Origin: an uncultured Nitrospiraceae bacterium
GTDB taxonomy: Bacteria; Nitrospirota; Nitrospiria; Nitrospirales; Nitrospiraceae
NCBI GenBank assembly: GCA_963730935.1
Contig: CAVSTP010000004.1
Span: forward strand, 672,001-736,000
Reading direction: 5' to 3'
Length of the DNA stretch: 64,000 nucleotides
Shown: positions 31,054-41,443 of the stretch, one piece after another
How positions within the stretch are numbered: position 1 is the stretch's first letter
Layout: the number at the start of each line of letters is the position of its first letter
The notes under the pieces: generated by a model
Told to the model about the DNA's origin: nothing
The model's input: only the letters and a program-made list of their open reading frames with translations
The model's database searches: none
Position numbers and translations under genes: made by a program

Positions 31054-34000
31054 CTACGCTTTCCGCGCAGGCGACTCTTGTCCGATCCACCGTTCCAGTT
31101 CTTGAATCAACGCCCGTTCTTCCACGGGCTTGGCGATGTACGAGCTGGCGCCGACGTTCAACGCCATCTGGCGGTGCTTGTCCCCGGCGCGAGTCGTCAT
31201 GACGATGATCGGCGTCTGTTGCGTCTGCGACCTGCTGCGCAACGCCTGGATCACTTCATACCCGTTCAACTTGGGCATCTCAAGGTCCGTGAGGATCAAT
31301 CGATAATTCTTCGCGGACGCTTTGCGTAGCCCTTCTTCTCCGTCCACCGCGGTATCCACTTCGTAGCCTGCGGTTTCCAGCATGCGTCCCACGAACTTTC
31401 TGATGCTCAAGGAGTCGTCGATCAGCAGAATCTTTTGCTCAACCGACGACTGCGCCGGCGCTTCCTCGAACGGCGTCTCGGCTGCACTACCGGTCGCCGC
31501 CTCATTCGAGGCTTCCAAGGGCACCACCGCCTTCTCGCCGCCGGAGCCCAGTCGAGCGGGATCGAGCACAAGCACGACGCGGCCTTCGGGATCGATCGTC
31601 GCACCGCCGAAGCTCGACCGCTCCAATGACTTGAGGGCTCCGATGGGCTTGATGACGATTTCCTGGCGGCCGAGCAACTCGTCCACGGCCAGACCGATGG
31701 GGCCTGTGCCCGTGCGCACAATGACGACCGGCTTGCCGATTTCGACCCGCCCCGAACCGTTTCGATACATCAATTGTTCCAAGGGCTGGACGTCGATCGC
31801 TTCGTCGCCGATGTGCAGCATGGCGCGCTCACCCATCTGCTGCAGTGATCCGGACGTCAGCATGGTCACCTCGCGCACGCTCGGCAAGGGAATCCCGTAG
31901 CGCTCCTCGCCGCACCGAACCATCAGCGCCGTCGCGATGAGGAGGGTGAGCGGCAGATGCAGCGTGAACTTCGTGCCCACGCCCCGCACGGATTCGACGT
32001 CGATGTGTCCGTTCATGCTCTCGATGACCCGCTTCACGACATCCATGCCGACCCCGCGGCCTGCTTGGTCGCCGACCTGTTCGGCCGTGGAGAATCCCGG
32101 CAGGAAAATGAACTTGATCGCTTCAGCTTCCGGCATGTTCTTGGCGATGTCCGAGCGGACCAATCCCCGCTCGACCGCTTTGGCGCGGATCTTCTCGATA
32201 TCGAGTCCGGCGCCATCGTCTTCGACTTCGATCAAGACGGCGTTGCCGCGATGGGAGGCATGCAGATAGATCGTACCGGCCGCGGGCTTCCCCTTCGAGA
32301 CACGCATGGCCGCCGGTTCGATGCCGTGGTAGACGGCATTGCGCACCAAGTGCACCAACGGATCCACCAGTCGTTCGACCACGCCCGTGTCCACTTCGGT
32401 GTGCTCACCGGACGTGACCAGGGTGACTTCTTTTCCTGTCGCTCTGGCCATCTCACGCGTCGCCCGGCGGAACCGGGTGAATGGCGTCCCGACGGGCACC
32501 ATCCGGGCGCGGGCAATCTCATCCCGCATACCGAGGGTGAGTTGCTGCAGCTGGCTCATGTCTTCGTGCGACCGACGGATAGATGCACTCAACTGCGTCA
32601 TCGATTCGGAGATGTCGGCCGTCACCTCGCTGATGCGCCGGGCCAGAATGTTGAAGTCGTCGTATTTGTCGAATTCCAGGCTGCCGAAATCGCTCAACCC
32701 CTGAAAGGCTGCCGCTGCACTTCCCGTCCTTGCCTGATCCGCGGTACCGCCGGCAGAGGTTGGAAGGGTAAAGGTGTGTTTTTCTTCGAACGAACGAACT
32801 GAATCTGTCAATCGAACTTTGCAAGCCAAGACCTGTTGTGAGAGCTGCTCCAACACACTGAGGCGCTGTTCAAGCCGTCCACGGCCGATGACCAACTCGC
32901 CCACGAGATTCAGCAGGCGCTCGAGTCGATCACGGCTGACCCGGATGACTTCGCGGTCTTCGGTGCCGGTTTCTCTGGCCTTGGTCTGCTCGGCCTCTGG
33001 CTGGGGTTTCTCCTCGACAACCGCGGGTTCGGGAGCCGGCTGGACGGGTGCCGCCTTGGCGACCGTCTCAACCGCCGTCGACATCTGCTCCAGCTGCTTG
33101 AGCCCTTTCATGGCCGCGGCAAACCGCTGCCGGACGGTTCCCGTCAAGGTCGGATCGCGGCGCATGAGCAGGCGCACGACGTCCACCGATCGCAGGAGCA
33201 CGTCGGTATGACCCGGCTGCACCTTGACGCGGCCTTCGCGCACCGCGCCCATGAAATCCTCAATATAATGGGTCAGGTCGCCGATCGACTGGAATCCGAC
33301 GGTGTACGCCGAGCCCTTGAGCGTGTGCGCCGTGCGAAACAGTTGGTTGATCAGATCCGGGTTCTGGGGTTCCTTCTCGAGCCGCAACAGCTGCGCTTCC
33401 AGGCTTTCCAGATATTCCTGCGCTTCCGGGGCGAAATACGACAGGACTTCCGGGTCCAGCTGCGGCATCAGATACTCATCCGTCAATGAGGGACCAGTCG
33501 GGGTCGCGGAAGCGGTGTCGGACGGTGGTTCAAGCACGGCCGTCGCGACCTTGGCCGCCAGCGGCTCAGACGCGAGCGCTGGGGCCGGCGCCGGCACACC
33601 GACCGGCTGCCCCTGTTGAATCTGCTGCAGCGTCTGGGTAATGCCCGGGACATCCTGTCGCAATTGGTCGAGCTTGCCCTCGTCCCGTTTCATCAGGAGT
33701 CTGATCACACCGACCGCGTCGCCGATCGTCGAGAGCAGTGCCGACGACATCGGGATCCTGCCGTCCCGCACGGCGGTCACGCAGGCCTCCATCGGATGCG
33801 CAATATCGCCGATCACCTTGAATCCGATGGTATGGGCTGAACCTTTGAGCGTATGGGCGGTGCGATAGAGCGACTGGATCGTTTCAGCATCGCCGGGATT
33901 TTCTCTCAGGCGATTCGTCAGCACTTCGAGCGTCTGGAGATATTCGTCAGCTTCCGGCGCGAAATAGGACAGCACTTCGGCATCGATTGTGGGAACCAGA

Positions 34001-34434
34001 TACTCAGGAGACAATCCTTCCATCCCATTCGCAGGGGCGGAGGCTGGTAACAGTGCCCCCACCTCCTTTTTCCAGTGTGCGCTCACCGCGGGATCCTCGC
34101 TGCCGCCCGTTTTTACGACTTCCAGCTGGGATTGAAACGCTTCCACCATGCCGCGGAGGATACCCACCGTCTTCAGCCAGAGCGCCGGATCGATGGACGT
34201 GGATTGCTCCAACGTGGCTTCGAGGAGTTCTCCCAGGAGCGAGAGGCCGCTGAAACCGTAAATGCCGGAGGCGCCCCGGACTTTGTGCGCCCACACATAC
34301 TGGTTTTGAAGTTCTTGAGGACTGGGCAGGGCATCGCCGGGAGGATTGACGGCTGCGGAAAGAGCGGCCAGTGCTTCCGCCGCTTCCATGACGAAAATAT
34401 CGAGGAGGCCCTGGCGGTCCAGTTCGGAGCTCAT
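31054..34434 (-). CDS. cheA: Hybrid CheA/ChpA kinase (3 Hpt, dimerisation, HATPase, CheW, receiver)
   Basis: AHKVRGAS and two AHTLKGSA; HLVRNAVYHGIE, DDGAG, GRGVGMDVV; C-terminal DLEMP receiver. Confidence 0.95.
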   Translation of the reverse strand: MSSELDRQGLLDIFVMEAAEALAALSAAVNPPGDALPSPQELQNQYVWAHKVRGASGIYGFSGLSLLGELLEATLEQSTSIDPALWLKTVGILRGMVEAFQSQLEVVKTGGSEDPAVSAHWKKEVGALLPASAPANGMEGLSPEYLVPTIDAEVLSYFAPEADEYLQTLEVLTNRLRENPGDAETIQSLYRTAHTLKGSAHTIGFKVIGDIAHPMEACVTAVRDGRIPMSSALLSTIGDAVGVIRLLMKRDEGKLDQLRQDVPGITQTLQQIQQGQPVGVPAPAPALASEPLAAKVATAVLEPPSDTASATPTGPSLTDEYLMPQLDPEVLSYFAPEAQEYLESLEAQLLRLEKEPQNPDLINQLFRTAHTLKGSAYTVGFQSIGDLTHYIEDFMGAVREGRVKVQPGHTDVLLRSVDVVRLLMRRDPTLTGTVRQRFAAAMKGLKQLEQMSTAVETVAKAAPVQPAPEPAVVEEKPQPEAEQTKARETGTEDREVIRVSRDRLERLLNLVGELVIGRGRLEQRLSVLEQLSQQVLACKVRLTDSVRSFEEKHTFTLPTSAGGTADQARTGSAAAAFQGLSDFGSLEFDKYDDFNILARRISEVTADISESMTQLSASIRRSHEDMSQLQQLTLGMRDEIARARMVPVGTPFTRFRRATREMARATGKEVTLVTSGEHTEVDTGVVERLVDPLVHLVRNAVYHGIEPAAMRVSKGKPAAGTIYLHASHRGNAVLIEVEDDGAGLDIEKIRAKAVERGLVRSDIAKNMPEAEAIKFIFLPGFSTAEQVGDQAGRGVGMDVVKRVIESMNGHIDVESVRGVGTKFTLHLPLTLLIATALMVRCGEERYGIPLPSVREVTMLTSGSLQQMGERAMLHIGDEAIDVQPLEQLMYRNGSGRVEIGKPVVIVRTGTGPIGLAVDELLGRQEIVIKPIGALKSLERSSFGGATIDPEGRVVLVLDPARLGSGGEKAVVPLEASNEAATGSAAETPFEEAPAQSSVEQKILLIDDSLSIRKFVGRMLETAGYEVDTAVDGEEGLRKASAKNYRLILTDLEMPKLNGYEVIQALRSRSQTQQTPIIVMTTRAGDKHRQMALNVGASSYIAKPVEERALIQELERWIGQESPARKA

Positions 34435-34484
34435 CCTATCCTTTCTGACCCGGAGCGCCATAGCGGCGCTCCGGGCACCAGACC

Positions 34485-36359
34485 TTAGGCCAGCTTGAAC
34501 TGCGCGACCGACGCCGACAGACCATCGGCGAGCTTGGCCATGTCTTCGACGGTCAACCGCGCGGCATCAGTAGCCTTTTGCGTCGCGACGGCACCGCCGG
34601 TGAAGTCCTTAATCGAGCGACCCACCTGATCCGTGGATGCCGTTTGCGTCGCCGCGGAGCTGGCGATGGTTTGCGCCAATTCGGCGGAGCGTTGCGCGAT
34701 GCCTGAAATTTCGTTGAACACTTCACCGGTACGCAGCGCGGAAGCCGATCCTGCTTCCACCGCCTGGGTTTCCTGTTCCATGGCGACCACCGCGTCCTGG
34801 GTTTCGCTTTGAATGACTTTCACAAGATCCGCGATTTCTCTTGTCGCTTGCGTCGAGCTTTCGGCCAGTTTTCGCACCTGGTCGGCGACGACCGCGAATC
34901 GCGCACCGGCCTCGCCGGCGCCGGCCGCCTCGATGGCGGCGTTGAGCGCGAGCAGGTTGGTTTGGTTCGCGATATCTCGAATCGTCGACACGATTTGCGA
35001 AATTTCCAACGACCGGTCGCCGAGGCCCTTGACCTGCTTCGACATGCGCTGCACCGCTGAACGAATGCTCTGCATGTCCTGCACGGTTTCCTGCACCGCG
35101 ACACGACCGCGTTCCGTCGCTTGCAACACTTGCTTGGCGGATTCTGAAGACGCACCGGCTGTTTCGGCGACCTGACGCATTTGCGCGGCCAGCTGTTCGA
35201 CGGCGGTGAGCGTCTTGACTGACTCGTCCGCTTGGTGTTTGGCGGTACCGGCCATCTGACCGGCGCTGTCGCGCAACGTACCGGCTGACTTGTTGACGCG
35301 CTCGGCGGCCTCTCGGACTTGTTTGAGCAGCTGTCCGAACCGGGCGATCATGAGGTTGAAACCGTCCGCCAAGTTGCCGAACATGTCCGCCGTCACTTCA
35401 CCGCGCTTCGTGAGGTCGCCTTTACCGACGTCCGACACGAGCACGAGGAAGTTCATCAACCGCTTTTGCATCTCGTCGCGTTCACCTTCCGACGTCACGA
35501 GGGCCGTAATGCGGTCCAACATGGTGTTGAACGAGGTCGCCATCTGGCCCAGCTCGTCCTTCGAGGTGATCTTGGCGCGCGCTTGATAGTTGCCGCTCGC
35601 CGCTTGTTGGGCGACACTGGCGACCTGTCCGATACCCAGAGACAGTTTGTGGGCCACCCAATATCCGAGGGCCAAGCCCAACAGCACGGCGGCGACACCG
35701 CCGACGACCAGAATCAGGGTTGCGTTGGACGCCATGGCCTTCGCTTCGTCTGAGAGGTCCTTGGCGACTTCCGACATGGTCTTAATTTGTTCGGCGTGGC
35801 GCTGCGTCACCTTTTCGAACGCCGGGCTCAAGCTCACCGTGATGGCGAGAGCGCCCAATTCCCGCATGGCCAAGGCCTGGCCGGTGGACAACGACCGGTT
35901 TTCGAAGCTCTCTTTGATGGTGCCGATCGCAGCGTCGCCCTGACCAAAGAATTCGTTGAGCGCTGTCTTCAACTCGGCCAAATCCTTCGCTTCATCCCGG
36001 CCTGTGCTGGACGTCCGCAGGGTCGTCTTTTCGTAGCTGTTGATCAGACGCTCGATTTCTGTGCGGTAGGGCGCGATATCCTTCAACTCGATTTCGAAGT
36101 CTGAGGCGCGCGGCGTCCTCGCGACGTCGACCAGAGATTCGTGGTAGCGGTTCACGTTGAACAGGAGCTGGTTGAACTCGGTCAACGGAACCGTGTAGTC
36201 GAGGTACACCGTTTCCGCTTGTGTGGACAAACGGCCGTTGGTCACGATGCCCACGCCGGCCATGGCGGCGATGATCACACCGACCAAGCCGAACACCGTC
36301 AGCAGTTTGGCTTGGGTCTTTAAGTTTTCAAACCATTGAAAAAAATTGGTCCTGAACAT
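34485..36359 (-). CDS. Methyl-accepting chemotaxis protein (PilJ-like; periplasmic four-helix sensor, HAMP)
   Basis: [33 protein letters not shown]; two TM helices. Confidence 0.95.
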   Translation of the reverse strand: MFRTNFFQWFENLKTQAKLLTVFGLVGVIIAAMAGVGIVTNGRLSTQAETVYLDYTVPLTEFNQLLFNVNRYHESLVDVARTPRASDFEIELKDIAPYRTEIERLINSYEKTTLRTSSTGRDEAKDLAELKTALNEFFGQGDAAIGTIKESFENRSLSTGQALAMRELGALAITVSLSPAFEKVTQRHAEQIKTMSEVAKDLSDEAKAMASNATLILVVGGVAAVLLGLALGYWVAHKLSLGIGQVASVAQQAASGNYQARAKITSKDELGQMATSFNTMLDRITALVTSEGERDEMQKRLMNFLVLVSDVGKGDLTKRGEVTADMFGNLADGFNLMIARFGQLLKQVREAAERVNKSAGTLRDSAGQMAGTAKHQADESVKTLTAVEQLAAQMRQVAETAGASSESAKQVLQATERGRVAVQETVQDMQSIRSAVQRMSKQVKGLGDRSLEISQIVSTIRDIANQTNLLALNAAIEAAGAGEAGARFAVVADQVRKLAESSTQATREIADLVKVIQSETQDAVVAMEQETQAVEAGSASALRTGEVFNEISGIAQRSAELAQTIASSAATQTASTDQVGRSIKDFTGGAVATQKATDAARLTVEDMAKLADGLSASVAQFKLA

Positions 36360-36431
36360 GGGAACCTCCTCCTTCTCGCTCGCGATACGATCGAGCCTTG
36401 AATCTCACACCCTGTCTTGACGATCTTCCAA

Positions 36432-36953
36432 TCAGCCTGTGCCCTCAAAATGAGAAAGAACGACGGACGTCTCCAACACGCCACGCAGCCGGTCTTCCAG
36501 GTTCACGACGGTCGATACGAAGGGATTCCCCCCGTCCCCCATGCCGACCGGAGCCGGTAAAAATTGATCCTTCGACAAGGTGCGAATCTCGGGAACCGTA
36601 TCCACCAAGACCCCGACTTGCCAGTTGCCGTGCTTGACGACGACGGCATACTTCAGGGCGCTCTCAGCGGCGAGGCCGATCATCTGCCGCAAATCGAGCA
36701 AAGGCACGACAGATCCGCGTAGGTTCGTGACGCCGACCAACCCGGCCGGCATGCCTGGGACCGGCGTGATGGATTCCACCACGAACACTTCTCGCACATT
36801 CTGCAGATCGATCGTGAATTGTTCGCCCCCCAAGGACACGATCGCAGCCCGCATCGTTCCCATTCCCGTCGTCGGGGCAGCGTTGCCCTGACCGCCAGTC
36901 TGGGTATCGGCATTCTGGGTTGCGAGGGAGGTTGCGCTCTGCTCAGCAGCCAT
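36432..36953 (-). CDS. cheW: CheW/PilI-like coupling protein
   Basis: ITPVPG.P..LVGVTNLRGSVVPLLDL. Confidence 0.92.
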   Translation of the reverse strand: MAAEQSATSLATQNADTQTGGQGNAAPTTGMGTMRAAIVSLGGEQFTIDLQNVREVFVVESITPVPGMPAGLVGVTNLRGSVVPLLDLRQMIGLAAESALKYAVVVKHGNWQVGVLVDTVPEIRTLSKDQFLPAPVGMGDGGNPFVSTVVNLEDRLRGVLETSVVLSHFEGTG

Positions 36954-36958
36954 GACGG

Positions 36959-37321
36959 TTATCCCAACACCCGTTTCACCGTCGCGAGCAGTTCTTCGCC
37001 CTTGAACGGCTTGACGATATGCGCATTGGCGCCCTGCTGCTGACCCCAGAACTTGTCGCTTTCGTTGCCTTTGGAGGTACAGAGAATGATGGGGATGTTC
37101 TTGGTCCGGTCGTCATTCTTGAGGTCGCGGCAGGCCTGGAAGCCGTTGCGGCCCGGCATGACGACGTCCAGCACGATCAGATCGGGCTTCTCGCCGACCA
37201 CCTTGTCCTCGAGCTTCTCGGTATTGGGATACGACACCACCGTATGGTTCGCCCCCTTCAACACCCCTTCAATGACTTGCAATTCGGCGTAGGAATCGTC
37301 TACGACAACAATCTTGCTCAT
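36959..37321 (-). CDS. pilH: Single-domain response regulator, PilH-like
   Basis: DVVMPGRNGFQACR; DKFWG.QQGA..IVKP, typical of PilH. Confidence 0.85.
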   Translation of the reverse strand: MSKIVVVDDSYAELQVIEGVLKGANHTVVSYPNTEKLEDKVVGEKPDLIVLDVVMPGRNGFQACRDLKNDDRTKNIPIILCTSKGNESDKFWGQQQGANAHIVKPFKGEELLATVKRVLG

Positions 37322-37376
37322 CGCTTTCTCCTTGGTTCTAGTTATGAATGACGTCCCAATACTTATGACGACGCGA

Positions 37377-38114
37377 TTACTTCAGGGGCAGCACGACGCT
37401 GATCGCACCGGCCAGGTCCCCTTCTTTCCATCCCTCTTTGTGACCGCCCGTAATGTCCTTTCCACCCTTCGGCGCGCCGTGACAGGCTAGACAGGACGCG
37501 GCCGCATACTCCGGGTCCATCATACGCAGCACCGGCCGCCCGTCGAGCACCGTATTGCGTACATAGGTCTGCCCCTTGGGGTGGCGCGGATCGTTGAACA
37601 TCCGAAGCACTTCGGCTTCGAAGTCATCCGGCCGGTTGTTGATGTTGCGATAGTCGATTCCCGTGAGTTTCAACTTCACGCCGGTCTTCTTGTAAAAGTT
37701 TTCTCCGGTCTTGCGGGCAAAGACGGCGGGGATGAACCCCTTGAAGCCGATGCCGGGCCGGTTGATCACCGGCTGCGCCTCATCCACGACTTCCTTTTCG
37801 GCCTCGACCAAGGCCAGATACAGCGGCGCTTGAGGAACGGCATTGGGAATTCTCAAATCGATTTTGGTCTTCTTCTTGAACCGCTCGATGACCTGACCGG
37901 CCATGTAGTCGCCCGTAAAGCCCTTGCTGGCCTTGGAGGCATCGTTGATGTTTCCCATCTGCTCCGACATGACGCCACGGCCGATCTTCACGAGATCAAT
38001 CAAGTGTTCCGCCACTTCGGCCTCGTTGCCCGCAAGGACCGGGCTCACGTGACACAGTAGAGCCACCGCCGCAATCCCGCCCGCCATCCGCCAATTGCAC
38101 CATGTCGCGTTCAT
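37377..38114 (-). CDS. Exported monoheme c protein, DUF3365/Tll0287-like
   Basis: Signal peptide; RN..NRPDDFE; CLACH; GDLAGAISV; AGGAGG RBS before MNATW. Confidence 0.85.
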   Translation of the reverse strand: MNATWCNWRMAGGIAAVALLCHVSPVLAGNEAEVAEHLIDLVKIGRGVMSEQMGNINDASKASKGFTGDYMAGQVIERFKKKTKIDLRIPNAVPQAPLYLALVEAEKEVVDEAQPVINRPGIGFKGFIPAVFARKTGENFYKKTGVKLKLTGIDYRNINNRPDDFEAEVLRMFNDPRHPKGQTYVRNTVLDGRPVLRMMDPEYAAASCLACHGAPKGGKDITGGHKEGWKEGDLAGAISVVLPLK

Positions 38115-38629
38115 ACCCATCCTCCTTCGTGATGTCACTTGATCGGATTCTTCGTTCCTTGTCTCATTCTTCGCGTTCATCAGCTAGCAATAACTGTTTT
38201 TTCGCAGGCCATGACGTCGATGCACGCGCCTCACGGCGCACACAATCATTTTCGAAGCCTGCGCCCCACTCTGCAAAGGTTGTGCTTATGAGTCTTCGAG
38301 AGACCGCTACGTGAATACCGAACACAAAACACTTGGCCTTTCAGAGATTTACGTACTCTACACAGGAACATCGTTCATCCTCGTTCGTCGCATGACTGTT
38401 CAGGTTGCGACAAAATGATGCCGTTTGGGCAAAAATTGGCCACTCGAGGCGCCGAATCATCTTTGGCAGTGCGTCTTCTCATGGTCCCGATCCTTATTGA
38501 AACCGATGAGAAGTGTAGCAGGCGTCTCGACGCAGGCATTGTTCGCTCGTATGAGACGCCAAGATTCACGACAGGCAGGTGTGGGCCAGAGCCCAACACT
38601 GGGAGAGGGAGATGTGGAGAAGGGATCTC

Positions 38630-39385
38630 TCAGGCTGACGCGTGGGGGCGATCGGCCTGACGCGAGCGGGTCTGACACCAGCGGGTAGAACGAGTGAGCC
38701 CTGCTTGAACACAACGGGTCACGAGCCGTCCAATCATTGCACCGATCTCAGTATGTGTCCCGCTGTAGGGCACTCTATGGATGCCCTCCAGGCTGCTCGC
38801 GATGACGACCGCATCGGTCCCGGTCCCTGTGGCCAGCGACGATTTGCGTGAACTGCTGGGGATCTTGTGTTTGATCAAGGTTCCGGTTTTGCTTTCCGTG
38901 GCCACTTGCACCGCCCCCACCATGGCCGTCATGGTCAATGTCGCGTTCGTGACCAGGATGATATTGATTGTGCCCGGGGCATGGCGTTCATCCATGCGCC
39001 GTGTGATTGAAAGCGTTTCTCCCGCCCGCACAGCGTTGGTCACGCCGACGGTACAAAAACATTCGATCCAGACCGGCCCGGATTGCTCACGGTCCACAAC
39101 AAGCTGTTTCATCGGGACAGCCGTCATGAGCCCTACCATCGGCATCGCGGCCTTCATCCGTACGGCCAAGCGGCCGAGATACCGTGCCGGATCGCCCCAT
39201 GTCCTCTCGACCTGACGCTTGAGCATCGAGGGATTGGCCGGGACTTGGTGATTGAGAATGGACCGCGCTCGGAGGATGCCTCCTCCTCGCGGAGCGGACG
39301 AAATGATCCGATGCACGCGCTTCAAATCGATGACTAACGTCCCTCGACGGATGCAATAGTCGATGCGCCCCTGTCTCCCCTTCAT
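38630..39385 (-). CDS. cbiZ: Adenosylcobinamide amidohydrolase CbiZ
   Basis: GLMTAV, GTINII, TESK, ATGTGTD motifs. Confidence 0.85.
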   Translation of the reverse strand: MKGRQGRIDYCIRRGTLVIDLKRVHRIISSAPRGGGILRARSILNHQVPANPSMLKRQVERTWGDPARYLGRLAVRMKAAMPMVGLMTAVPMKQLVVDREQSGPVWIECFCTVGVTNAVRAGETLSITRRMDERHAPGTINIILVTNATLTMTAMVGAVQVATESKTGTLIKHKIPSSSRKSSLATGTGTDAVVIASSLEGIHRVPYSGTHTEIGAMIGRLVTRCVQAGLTRSTRWCQTRSRQADRPHASA

Positions 39386-39398
39386 GTGTCGCCTACTA

Positions 39399-40496
39399 TC
39401 ACCGTAACAGCCCGGCCAATGCGGCCAGAAGCCGGTCGTTGTCTTTCTTCGTCCGTACCGCGATGCGAACCATACGCGCTGTACAGCCTTCCGTTGACGA
39501 ACAGTCGCGGATCAGCATGCCCCGCCGGCGAAGCTCCGCCGTGATCGCACTTGCGCGGAACACCCTGGGCAGTTCGACCAGAAGAAAATTGGCGGAAGAG
39601 GGAATCACCGTCACCCCGTGGAGCGAGGAGAGCCGCATGGCCACACGCGCTCGTTCCCTTCCGACGTACGCGAGGCAGCGTCCAGTATGTCGATCGTCCA
39701 TGAGTGCTGCTTCCGCAGCCCGCTGGGCCACCATATTGACGGACCAGGGCGGCAGATACCGTCTCAACAACTCCGCGACATGTGGCGAGGAAAGGCTGTA
39801 CCCGATTCTCAGACCGGGCAGCCCATAGAATTTGGTCAAGCTGCGAAGGATGATGAGACACGAATGAGCAGATAGCTGCGGCAGGCAGGTCAATCCATTG
39901 CAGTATTCGATAAACGACTCGTCGACGACGACCCATGCTCCTGCCCGCCCCGCAGCGCCGAAAAGCGCGTGCAGATCTTGCGGTCCGCAGGGACGGCCGG
40001 TTGGACTATTGGGATGACAAATAAAGACCGCATCGATCGCCGGCCTGGCTCGGCGCTGTCTGGACAACTGATGCAAGACCTGCTCGAGCGGAGGACGGTA
40101 CTCCTCTTCTTTCTTCGCCATCACCATGCTGGTTCGGCCGCCTGCATGACCAACGGCACGGACGTATTCTGCATATGTCGGCCCGACGATCACGGCGGAG
40201 CGAATGGACAGGGCGCGAGGAATGACATCGATCAGTTCGGTCGAGCCGTTTCCAACGACGATATGGTCCGGCGAGATGTGCCATCGACGTTCTATCGCGC
40301 GCTTGAGACTGACGCAGTCTGGATCGGGGTAGTGCTGAACAAGCTGGGCCGCATCGACCAAGGCCCGGACTGCCTTGGGTGAGGGCCCCAACGGATTGAT
40401 GCTCGCACTGAAGTCAAGAATGGACCCGATGGGCCTGCGCAGTTCACGCGCCGCGGCGTGGACGTTGCCACCGTGCACCGGCGGGTGGTTCACCAC
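39399..40496 (-). CDS. cobD: L-threonine-O-3-phosphate decarboxylase
   Basis: HGGN, DFSASINPLG, RSLTKFYGLPGLRIGY (PLP lysine). Confidence 0.9.
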   Translation of the reverse strand: MVNHPPVHGGNVHAAARELRRPIGSILDFSASINPLGPSPKAVRALVDAAQLVQHYPDPDCVSLKRAIERRWHISPDHIVVGNGSTELIDVIPRALSIRSAVIVGPTYAEYVRAVGHAGGRTSMVMAKKEEEYRPPLEQVLHQLSRQRRARPAIDAVFICHPNSPTGRPCGPQDLHALFGAAGRAGAWVVVDESFIEYCNGLTCLPQLSAHSCLIILRSLTKFYGLPGLRIGYSLSSPHVAELLRRYLPPWSVNMVAQRAAEAALMDDRHTGRCLAYVGRERARVAMRLSSLHGVTVIPSSANFLLVELPRVFRASAITAELRRRGMLIRDCSSTEGCTARMVRIAVRTKKDNDRLLAALAGLLR

Positions 40497-41443
40497 GACA
40501 GAACCCCCACCACTCCCACGATGGCCATCAGATAGGCGGCGGTCATGATGCGTTCGGCACGATCCACGTGCCTGACTGACAAGGGTGCCTCGGCATCCCC
40601 AAGCACAGGCCGTTCAGCACGACGGCGTCCGTAGAAGTTGACGCCCCCAAGCTGGATGCCTAATGCGCCCGCCATCGCCGCTTCAGGCCTTCCGCTGTTT
40701 GGACTGGGATGCTTGTGCCCATCTCGTAGCAAGATGGCGCCGCTCCGCGTTGCCGCGTTGGCACTCAGGAGTACGAGTCCAGCCGCAGCAGCAATCGACC
40801 AGGCCGTGATGCGTGCCGGAATCCAATTGACGAGGTCATCGAGCCTCGCCGAGGCCCATCCGAAATCTCGATATTCTTCGTCGCGATGCCCGACCATCGA
40901 ATCGAGAGTCGACACGGCTTTGTAGGCCAACGCCAACGGCGCGCCCCCGACCACCAGAAACAACAACGGCGCGATGACGCCGTCGCATGCACTCTCCGCG
41001 GTGGTTTCGACCGCGGCTCTGACTACTTCTTGCTCGGACAAGTCCTGCGTGTCTCTGCCGACGATTAAGCCGACCGCTTGCCGAGCGCGTTCCAACGATC
41101 CGGATTTCAAGGCCCGGGAGACCGCGCGTACATGGTCAACCAAGTCTCTCCAGGCCAGCGTGGTCGAAGCCAAACCAATCCCGATACCCTGCCCGATCCA
41201 GTCATGAACCGCTGTGCCAGCCGCGATCGAAGCCCAGCCGACTATGAATGCCGTCGCCGGCAAACCCAGCGCCAACACAGCGCCGGCGGCGCGAAGCGAG
41301 CGTGGTCCCATCCCAAGGGTGCGCACCCGCCGATGCACGCAGGCTACCACGCTGCCCATCCACCGCACAGGGTGGGGCATGACGCGCGGATCGCCCACCG
41401 CCGCATCAAGCGCGCAGGCCGCCACGACCTCCATGGCAGTCAT
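40490..41443 (-). CDS. cbiB: Adenosylcobinamide-phosphate synthase
   Basis: GDP...HPV, IVGRDT, TLDSMVG, SPNSG.PEA motifs. Confidence 0.93.
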   Translation of the reverse strand: MTAMEVVAACALDAAVGDPRVMPHPVRWMGSVVACVHRRVRTLGMGPRSLRAAGAVLALGLPATAFIVGWASIAAGTAVHDWIGQGIGIGLASTTLAWRDLVDHVRAVSRALKSGSLERARQAVGLIVGRDTQDLSEQEVVRAAVETTAESACDGVIAPLLFLVVGGAPLALAYKAVSTLDSMVGHRDEEYRDFGWASARLDDLVNWIPARITAWSIAAAAGLVLLSANAATRSGAILLRDGHKHPSPNSGRPEAAMAGALGIQLGGVNFYGRRRAERPVLGDAEAPLSVRHVDRAERIMTAAYLMAIVGVVGVLSW

